A stretch of DNA of 64,000 nucleotides from Octopus vulgaris. Lineage: Eukaryota. The notes beneath the pieces were generated by a model. That model saw nothing but the letters and a program-made list of their open reading frames with translations, did no database searches and was not told where the DNA came from. The position numbers and the translations under genes were made by a program. The stretch is taken from positions 83,576,001-83,640,000 of the forward strand of contig OX597816.1 of assembly GCA_951406725.2 (NCBI GenBank), in the 5' to 3' direction. Of this stretch, positions 54,258 to 64,000 are shown in pieces; position 1 is the stretch's first letter; each line of letters begins with the position of its first letter.

Positions 54258-54455
54258 CTTGTTTCAGTCATTTGACTGCGGCCATGCTGGAGCACTGCCT
54301 TTAGTCGAGCAAATCGCCCCCGGGACTTATTCTTTGTAAGCCCAGTACTTATCCTATCGGTCTCTTTTGCCGAACCGCTAAGTGACGGTGACGTAAACAC
54401 ACCAGCATCAGTTGTCAAGCAATGCTAGGGGGACAAACACAGACACACAAACACA
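54255..54455 (-). mobile_element. Tail half of second SINE family
   Basis: tacttgtttcagtcatttgactgcggccatgctggagcac...gccgaaccgctaagt.acgg.gacgtaaacacacca; related copy at about 57655-57825. Confidence 0.8.
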
Positions 54456-54462
54456 CACACAT

Positions 54463-54517
<55 letters not shown>

Positions 54518-57065
54518 AATACACAGAGTATGATCTAAGTTTGGTGTATTATGTTATGTGCCTTTAAATGCCAGTGTAGAATAGTAAATATTGCTATACC
54601 TAAATAGAATGTACATAATATTCACTTTTTACTGCCAAACAAACTCAGACCTCTTAATAGAACTCTGGACATATTAATAAAAATTCCATATTTTCATTTT
54701 TCGCTTCGTTTTGATTCAGGAGTTTGGGAAAATGCTCGTCGTATTAGTGAGGCAGCGGAGAGAAGTCGGAGCGATTTTGCGAAGTATTTAATTCGAAGAC
54801 TTTTCTTCCTGTTTAAAGGATATACACCTAATTGTTATGGCATGTGATCGACCACTGGGAATAAACGAATGTGAGTATACTACGGGAATTCATTCTAATA
54901 GTTTTAGCTTTTGACAAGAGGATCTTGATTATTACGACTCTGTCCTTTAAACCGAATCTTCCTGTTGAAACTAATTTAGTATGCTCATTCTAATAACGTT
55001 GTTTTTTTTTTAAAGGAGAGACCTGCTACACCTATCAGTCTAAATAAGGCTTTAGTTTGTTAAATTTTACACTGACAACTACAGGCACAACTGCACAGGC
55101 TGTTGTTTACAAGAGTATTTATAGCAGCAGTTGTAGGAATTAATCGCAGAATCTCACAGAAATTCAACAACCAGTTCTCTTATTATGATATAGCAATATT
55201 TGCATAAAATTATTACAATTCTCATACCTGCGGAAATGTTGTTACTAAACATATTAAAGTGTGTTTAAAAGAAAGCCATGTACCTAATCTGTAAAGAGCC
55301 AATTACCAATATTCTGCAGTCCCTGAAAAGTTCACAGGCGTATTGTCTTATGATTCAGCTTATTACATCACAGCTATAATGACCTCCGAGGCTCTGAACT
55401 GACTCTTTGCAATAACATCGCCACCCATTCTCTTCCTTTATGTACGTTTCCTTACCCCTCATTGTTTCTTCCCCATTTCACCTCAGACTCCCGGTAGTAT
55501 TAGATATATTTCTTACCTTTCCTTCCTAGATATATTTCTTACCTTTCTTTCAGCACTTACATTTATGCTGTAGAAGTAAACCTATAGATATTCAAGCTGA
55601 CCATAAAGCTATAGATATTCAAGCTGACCCTCATTAATGTCGAATGTCCTGACCGCTTCCTTATCTTAACTAAAACATAAAAACATCCAAGTGACACAAA
55701 TTCCGGCTGATCTCAAGCATAATTCTTATTTTCTTTCATTTTAACTGCGAATAATAATTGATTCATTCCATAGGCATGCAACTAGCTAATGGGAAGCCTC
55801 TGGAGAGTCGCTCAACCTACTAAAGATAGCGCAAAAATATTCTTCGGCTCACAGCAATAACAATGACTTAGGTAGAAGGCAACTCACAACCAGAACAGGA
55901 ATTGTTGTTATCAATGATGTCTAACTCCAGCATTAAATCTATTTCAGATAAAATCTATACAAAACTTCCTTAATGTTTTGTTCCCTATCATATTAAAGAA
56001 GTTAAGGAAAATTAGCTGAAGGAGAATTAAATGCTAGCAGTCCGAGGAATTGTATAGAGGCTCGCTTGTTTGTTTTGCTGCTGCCATTGTCTTCCTCGAT
56101 GCTGTTGATTGGACCATATCTTCCCTGAACAAGCAAATATATTCTTGTCGTGAACATCCTTTCTGTGCAAGAATCTCTATGCCAAACTATCCAACGTGTC
56201 TTTTTATAACACAATACGACTTGATTTGAGAAAAAATTTACTTTTATTTGTAGCTGGTCAACATGTCATTCAAAGCCCCACTTCCTTCAAGCTAATGTGG
56301 TGATACTGTTTCCTTTCTACCACGGAGTCAGTTACCAAAAGTTAATCATTCTCAGTAATTGATTCATCGATCACCTTCGTACATTCAGTTCTTGATACAC
56401 AATGTGAAGCTTATTTCGTTTTTATTTTTATTATATCCACTATTGACCACATCATTCCCTTTCACTTACCATCCGGAAGTGGGGTACAGTACTACCGGAA
56501 AGAAAGACAGAGGAAGTGACGTGGCAATTGAATGAAACAACAATGCTATTAACAGCAATATTTCCCCTTCTTTTTTTAAAAAACAGAAAGAAAGAAAGAA
56601 AGAAAAGACTTAAATTGAATAAATTGAAGTTAAGAAAATATTAGAAAATAAAAAAAAACAGAGTTTGAACTTAAAAATCATTTTCCTGGAATGAATCAAC
56701 AGAATTATGCTGGTAGCATATAACTAGGCTATGTTGACATGACATACCTAAAATCCTATGGGAAATCTTTCCCTTCTCATGATGAGTTTGCAAATCTCAC
56801 AAAATATTCGTGACTTCCTCTCTTTCAATAAAGACAATAAAGAGACAAAATGCAAACACCCACTTGCATATCTACACACAGACACACACACACACATACC
56901 AATAAATACATACATACATACTACGCACATACTTACACACGCATACAAGAAGATTACCTTTAAACATTTATAGATCAACAAATACATTTATTCATATCCA
57001 CACAGAATATTGAATGTACATATATGCACATAAACGCACGTAAAACACACACTGAAAGAATGACA

Positions 57066-57118
<53 letters not shown>

Positions 57119-57985
57119 TAGATTCACATGTCTACAAACACACAGAGACGTGTGTGCGTTCCGGCAAATTACAAATAAGCATGAATACAAATATTTACAC
57201 CAACATACAAATAATAATACAAACATATACGCTCGGAGAAATATACAAAAAAAAAATGAAAGCAACAGAAACAGCCACACACACATATACGCACATACCC
57301 ATACTTACAAATCTTTCTCCAAAATAAGAGTATTTCTATGGTATGTATGTGTGAGTATGTATATGAGTGTAACCAGAGAACAGGAGGAAGTTATCCTCAA
57401 ACAGTCGGCCTGCTAGCAATAGTGTGACACTGCTGAAGTCACCCAAGGACCAAATGGTGTTTAGTGCTAAACCCGAATGACGGACTCAGTAATCAACAAG
57501 CAAATTAATTGTAATAAATTTCAGTATAAGATGTAGTTTGTCTAAAATCTACTCACGCACATACCTTATGAACTAAAATGACTTGAACTGAACAAAATTG
57601 TTTGTCTTTATCTCTTTGTTAAAAATGTCTTCTTTATTTCTTATTTTTTTTACATATTTCAGTCATTAGACTGCGGCCATGCTGGAGCACCGCCTTGAAG
57701 AGTTTTTAGTAGAATTAATCGATCCCAGTATTTACTTTTTTAAGGCCTGGTACTTATTCTATTATTGTTTTTTTTTTTTACCGAACCGCAAAGTAACGGG
57801 GACGTAAACACACCACCACACCAACACATAAAGATGTCGATGAAGGTTAAATGGATTTCATTGAATCAATTTAACCTTCATTGCACTATTGAAAAATAAA
57901 AATAATTCTTCGGGAGACGAATCTTTAGTTTGCAATGGAAAGAACCAATGAACGAGCAACTCTCTCTCTCTCTCACCCCACATGC

Positions 57986-58034
<49 letters not shown>

Positions 58035-58415
58035 CTCTCTCTCTGTCCCTCTGTCTGTCTTTCTGTCTTTCTGTTTGCCTCTGTCTTTCTCTCTTACTCT
58101 CTATGTATGCATACACACACACACACACACATCTCAAGCATTCACATGCGCGTTTGCGTGAGTATCTGTTAACATACAGTCACACATTAAGTTATCAAAC
58201 TTCACTGGATGATGAAATATTCGACAGAGTCCGCTTAGAGTGTATTATTTATACGCAATGTATTATTTATATGCAACACCTTACTGCTCTCTGATCCACC
58301 TACATATACATATAGGGGATACAAACTTCGGTTAGGTACACTTCACACACATATACATGCATAAACACACATAAATTTATGCATATATATATGCATACAC
58401 TTATCCACCAACTTG

Positions 58416-58463
<48 letters not shown>

Positions 58464-58999
58464 TCTATAAATATATATATATAAGTATATATATGTATAT
58501 TAGGACACACGTGCTGACGCACAGACATATGCATACACACACAGACACACTCATACGCATATTTAAAACACCCACCCACCCATGCATACAAGCATACATA
58601 TATACATACTTATATAAAAACAACATAGACATGCATACATACATATATATACAGAGGGAGAGACATACATACAATCCATAGAAACATATGTAGACATATA
58701 TCAACATATACCTCGGCAATGGCTGTCAGCGTTTAGTTTCCCTAATGACCCCTTTAAATGGATCGAGCTGACGCATTATTTGACAGGAACGAACCGAAAT
58801 GGGAAGGTAGGTATTAAGGTATATGGCACAAAAAAATAAAGGGGGCTCTTCGTAAGAATCACCTTTGACATCTTGACATTTGACATCCGAGTGACAAGAC
58901 AAACTGAAGAGCTGATTGGTGGCATCTGCTTTCTTCCTTGCATGACAGCCGTACATTTATTTGCTATTATTTAACATAGATGTATGCTTATGTATGTGC

Positions 59000-59053
<54 letters not shown>

Positions 59054-59244
59054 GTATGCACAGACATACACACGCATACATGTAAACACTTGAATGCAAA
59101 AGTATATGTATGTAGATATAGTCATGTATCCACACATGCATCTGTATGTAACTATGTGCGCACATACATAGATACCTGAATACCTGAGTACATACAAGAA
59201 TAAAACAAAATGCAAGTACCTGGCAGGCTAGAAATAGCTGCCAG

Positions 59245-59456
59245 AGCACCCACAAACCACGTTTCAGGGTTGGGGAAACATACGTAGGTGTTAACGTTAT
59301 CCTAGAATCTATATTATGTTGATAAACAACGTTTGTTTGGTCAGGAATGGTCAGCACCCACAAACCACGTTGGGTTGAGGAACCGTACGTAGATGTTAAC
59401 GTTATCCTAGAACCCATACTATACTGACAAACAACGTTTGGTTGGTCAGGACTGGC
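59245..59456. repeat. Diverged tandem duplication, ~108-bp period
   Basis: agcacccacaaaccacgtt...gttaacgttatcctagaa...aaacaacgtttg.ttggtcagga starts at 59245 and 59353. Confidence 0.88.
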
Positions 59457-59868
59457 TTTGATTATAGTTCTACTCTATCGAAGATTGCCTGGGACTTTGC
59501 TTCCTGGCTACATCGACTTGTAAGTTAGCCGACCATCAGCATGCCGCAGGGTTTTTTTTAGTCTCATAAATATTATCGTTTTAGGGATCCAGGATAGGAC
59601 TGAGTTTATGTACTGGCAATCTTTATATCATTGTTATTTTTAGTTTTAAACGATGTTTTATAATCAGCTACCTTTCAGTTTGTTAACGAACCGGAAGTGA
59701 AGTGGTAGTGTAGCAATTTGACATAATAATACCACTAAAATATCGGGAATGGAATGGCTTGTCGAAAACATGCACATGCAACAATAATTCTTTTAATTAA
59801 TATAGCATATAAACACACACACACACATATATATATATGCACACACACACACACATATATATATATAC

Positions 59869-59915
<47 letters not shown>

Positions 59916-60107
59916 CACACACACACACGACACATACGTACACATATGAAGAGAGAGACAGAGAAAGAAAGGAAGTGAGAAAGGAAAAAGAAAGAAAGAA
60001 GAAAGAACGAAAAGAAGGAAATATATAAATATATAAAGAAAGACTGAAGACTGAATGAATGAAAGAAAGAAAGAAAGAAAGAAAGAAAGAAAAAAGAAAG
60101 AAAGAAA

Positions 60108-60138
<31 letters not shown>

Positions 60139-60480
60139 TGCTGGTCATGGATCTTCAGTGCCGAGAGAGTTGAGCAGTGGAGGAAAATATGCGATTAGAA
60201 AACGATTAGGTGTCTGACACCGCACATGCAGAGGATATATATATATAGATATATTTGTTCTTTTATGCATTTCAGCCTAAATGCTATGTCCATACAAGGG
60301 TATGTGTATGTGTCTCTATGTATGAACATCTATATATGTACATTTATGTATGCACACACTCGCGCGTGCATACATATGTTCGTCCATTGTTGAATATTTT
60401 ATGTTAATAAGTTATATTTAAAATAACCATAACAGATGAAGTTAAACTCTATTTCTTTACCACTCTTGCCGGTTCTATCC

Positions 60481-60542
<62 letters not shown>

Positions 60543-60769
60543 TTTCTTATTCATTGTCTTAGAGTTTCAGAGAAAATGCTCTGCGGAATTGGTTGCAGTT
60601 CTTTATAATCTGAGTTCAAAGCCCTCCAAGATCATCCTTGCCTTTCACTCATACGGGATAGATAAAGGATCAAATACCAGTTAAATACGGTCACATTGTG
60701 CAACTAATCCTTTTCCTTAAAATCTATTGATGTACTTTATTCAGAATCCATTTATATTCTTTTTTACTC

Positions 60770-61102
60770 CTTTACTTGTTTCAGTCATTAGACTGCGGCC
60801 ACAAAAGATTTTAGCCGAATGAATCGACTCTAGAGTTGTTTTGTTTTTTAAAAATGTTTCTATCGGTTTCTTTTGGCGAAATTCTAAGTTACGGGGGCGT
60901 AAACACACCAACGCCAGTTGTCAAGTTGTGTGTGTGTGGTGGGATAGAAACAGACAGACACACACACATATACAACGGGCTTCTTTCAGTCTCCGTCTAC
61001 CAAATCCACTCAGAAGGCTTTGTTCGGCCCGAGGATATAGTAGAGATCTCTTGCCCAAGGTGCCATGAAATGGGACTGAACCCGGAACCATGTTGTTGGG
61101 AA
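60770..61102 (-). mobile_element. Near full-length second-family SINE
   Basis: Tail (ttacttgtttcagtcattagactgcggcca) plus head (gggactgaacccggaaccatg) with short internal (CA)n. Confidence 0.8.
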
Positions 61103-61774
61103 ATGTGTATATAATATGAAATATATATTTTCTTCTGTGTTTGAGGGACAGTTCAGCATAATATTTAATGAAGTATATAAAATATTTAAAGCATTTCACA
61201 TTATCGTATTACAATTATAAACAACAGAATTTCCATTTTATTGGATGATAATATTTTACATACCAAAACGAAATTTCCTCCATGTCTCGGAGAGAAAACA
61301 CTGAGCATTGTGAGAAAAATAATTTATGGAACAGAAGATAACCATCGATAAATGAAAAATGGTGGTGTAAAAAGAAAAAAAAACGAAAGGTGTCTTAATG
61401 ATTCATAAATGACGCACTCATGAGCACATGTATATATACATATATTCTTTTTGAGCCTATGTATGTGTGTGTATATGTATCCATGTGTGTATAGATACAT
61501 GTATATAGATACATGTATATATATATGTGTGTGTGTGTGTGTGTCTATAGACATATGTACGTACTTAAGTATATATTTACTTAAATATGTGTATGTACAT
61601 ATGCCACAGTATTTATATATCTCTACTCACACAAACACTCTTCTTCAGTTTCCCTTCTTTTCTGGTTTGTATTTTGTCTTAGCTTCTTTCTTTCTTTCTT
61701 TCTTACATATCCCCATCCCTTTCGCAATACAGAAAATAATACGTACGTGCACACATGCACACACATACCCTCAC

Positions 61775-61813
<39 letters not shown>

Positions 61814-62311
61814 TGCAGAAAGCCACAATCCGTCTCCTTCCAATCCCCAACACGTTGATCTTTTAAATTGCTCTTCAAGCAGATTGCTGTCAGACTATTA
61901 GAATCTCTTTAGAATTACTTTTACTTTACTTGATCGTGGTTTCACACGCACACAGACACACTTAGACACACTTAGACACACACACACACACAAAAAGTAC
62001 ACACAAAAACACACACACTCATGTATTTTAATATTGCCCCCTCACAAACACATACATGTATCTATCATCTCTATGCATATATGCGTGTAGAGAATTATAT
62101 ATAAAATACATACCATGCACTCTTCGTCTACTTCCTCTCCTATAACACTACTTCCTACTCCTCCTTCTGCTCTATATTATCTCTCCCTTATCCCTTTAGT
62201 TACACCTGCAGTTGACTTGCCTGTATTTGTCTTAACATTATTTATGTTTCCATTGAATAATTCCTTCTGCTAACAGCTTTCTTTTTATGGCATCCCTGCA
62301 TACAATACACG

Positions 62312-62400
<89 letters not shown>

Positions 62401-62677
62401 GCACACCACATGCACGCGCATACACGCATGCATGCATACATTCATTTGTATGTGTGTGTGGATTCGGTGTTTACAGCTGATGAAGTAAGCACGCATGCGT
62501 CCTACGGTCTAATGACGTCATTCGTAGCCAAGTGATGTATTTTCCCAAATATTGATATAAAAAGAATAATACATTTTCCCCCTGTCAGGTATTTCCAGGT
62601 CCGAGTGTACACGAACGTGTTGTATATACACGTCTATACTTCAGTTAACGCAGAAATATATGAACACATATGGACGC

Positions 62678-62830
62678 AGACGTCGTTGTGTTGTAAGAAG
62701 CTTACTTCCCAACCACATGGTTTCGGGTTCAGTTCCACTGCATGGCACCTTGGGCAAGTATCTTCTAATATAGCCTCGGGCCAACCAAAGCCTTGTGAGT
62801 GGATTTGGTAGACGGAAAACTGGAAGAACC
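62678..62830 (+). mobile_element. Head half of second SINE family
   Basis: gtaagaagcttacttcccaaccacatggtttcgggttcagttccactgcatggcaccttgggcaagt...gtgagtggatttggtagacggaaa. Confidence 0.8.
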
Positions 62831-63029
62831 TTATTTTAAAAATCAATAAAATACAATAAATAAGGTTTTTATAGTATATGTCTTCTATATGCTGTGAATA
62901 ACATCTTTCTTTATTGAATTGTTTAATAGAGGTTTTTCTCTAAATTATATACATACATTATATATTGTGAAATTTGATTTAAAATTGTTAAATTGAATTT
63001 TTCCCTGTAAGTTTTGGAATTATATTCCC

Positions 63030-63089
<60 letters not shown>

Positions 63090-63584
63090 CTTTATTATAT
63101 ATATATGCATACATACATACGTACATACATGCATACATATACATACACATGCATATATATATATATATATATATATATAATGGAGTATATATAATATGCA
63201 TGTCTATGGTAGTATGGGAAGGCGTGGATGTGTGTGTGAGAGAATGTATGGGTGTTATGATAAAACTTAGACTTCAATTCTAGCGCCTCCAAATCCCTCT
63301 TATTATGACCTTTACCGCCACAACCACAACCACCGTCATCTTCATCAAAGCCATTCTCACTGCCACCATTATTACCATCGCCACCACCATCTTGAATATC
63401 AACAGCAAAGCCAACATCATAATTAACATAACAGTCTTGAACTACCAGCATAATCTGCAGCGGTTGCACTAACAAAAACAAAGAACTATGAACCAACGAA
63501 GCCGACCTCTAAGTGATCGTTGGACTTACAAAATGTAGCAGAAAAATTTTTGAACATTTTAAATAACATGGCTCTAGGTTCCTT

Positions 63585-63980
63585 GCATATGACTGATCTC
63601 GATTAGTGGGACCGCCTTAAAGCCCTGAAACTCTACTCTCTCCAGCGCCACCGCGAGCGGCACGTCAGCATTGCCCAAGCGACCTCAACATTAGCTTCAA
63701 GGTTTATCCAAAACTGGGACCATGGGCCATACGTCCCCTGCCCAATTCAGGATCACAACATATAGGTACACTACGACACAATTTCTTTTTCTCAGCAGGC
63801 CCTGCACTGTTTAACATTGTCCCAGAACTGATCATAGAGGAAAAGGATCCCATCACCTTTAAACGGAATCTGAACAAATTTCTTCAAGGAGTACCAGGTA
63901 AACCACCTATACCTGGATACAACTCACTCAATAAGAACTCCCTACTTGAGTGGACCATGATACCACAAAACTTGACATTA
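63585..63980 (+). mobile_element. CR1/L2-like LINE ORF2 C-terminal remnant
   Basis: *WDRLKALKLYSLQRHRER..SAGPALFNIVPE..FKRNLNKFLQGVPGKPPIPGY..NSLLEW. Confidence 0.78.
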
Positions 63981-64000
63981 AAAGGATTTAGATAATCCTA

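Noticed and set aside
59245-59456. CRISPR-like or functional repeat array
   Set aside because: Only two units, no spacers, eukaryotic context; ordinary tandem duplication.
62476-62525. CTGATGA plus hairpin
   Set aside because: No GAAA after the stem.

Overview
Eukaryotic, AT-rich, microsatellite-saturated animal DNA. The SINE families and repeat style suggest an octopus or other coleoid cephalopod (inference, not a database result). The window appears to lie inside one large minus-strand gene, an ARID3 / dead ringer (retained) / Bright-type transcription factor. Two coding exons are clear (26043-26226 and 14404-14612), with GT-AG boundaries and matching phases. I did not find the upstream and downstream coding exons, so the flanking introns look very long. 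Almost all ORF-track entries are microsatellite artefacts. The introns hold many tRNA-derived SINEs, three mariner-type MITE copies, and decayed CR1/L2-like, R4/Dong-like and HERO-like non-LTR fragments. The most interesting signal is about 8 loci carrying minimal type I hammerhead-ribozyme folds with palindromic stem III. Most sit in short elements in or next to (TA)n tracts and are probably Penelope-like pseudo-LTRs. Two of these loci are long DNA palindromes with mirror-image ribozymes, and one has a compensatory G3-C8 swap of the normally C3-G8 core pair. All structure calls were made by eye and need folding and cleavage tests.
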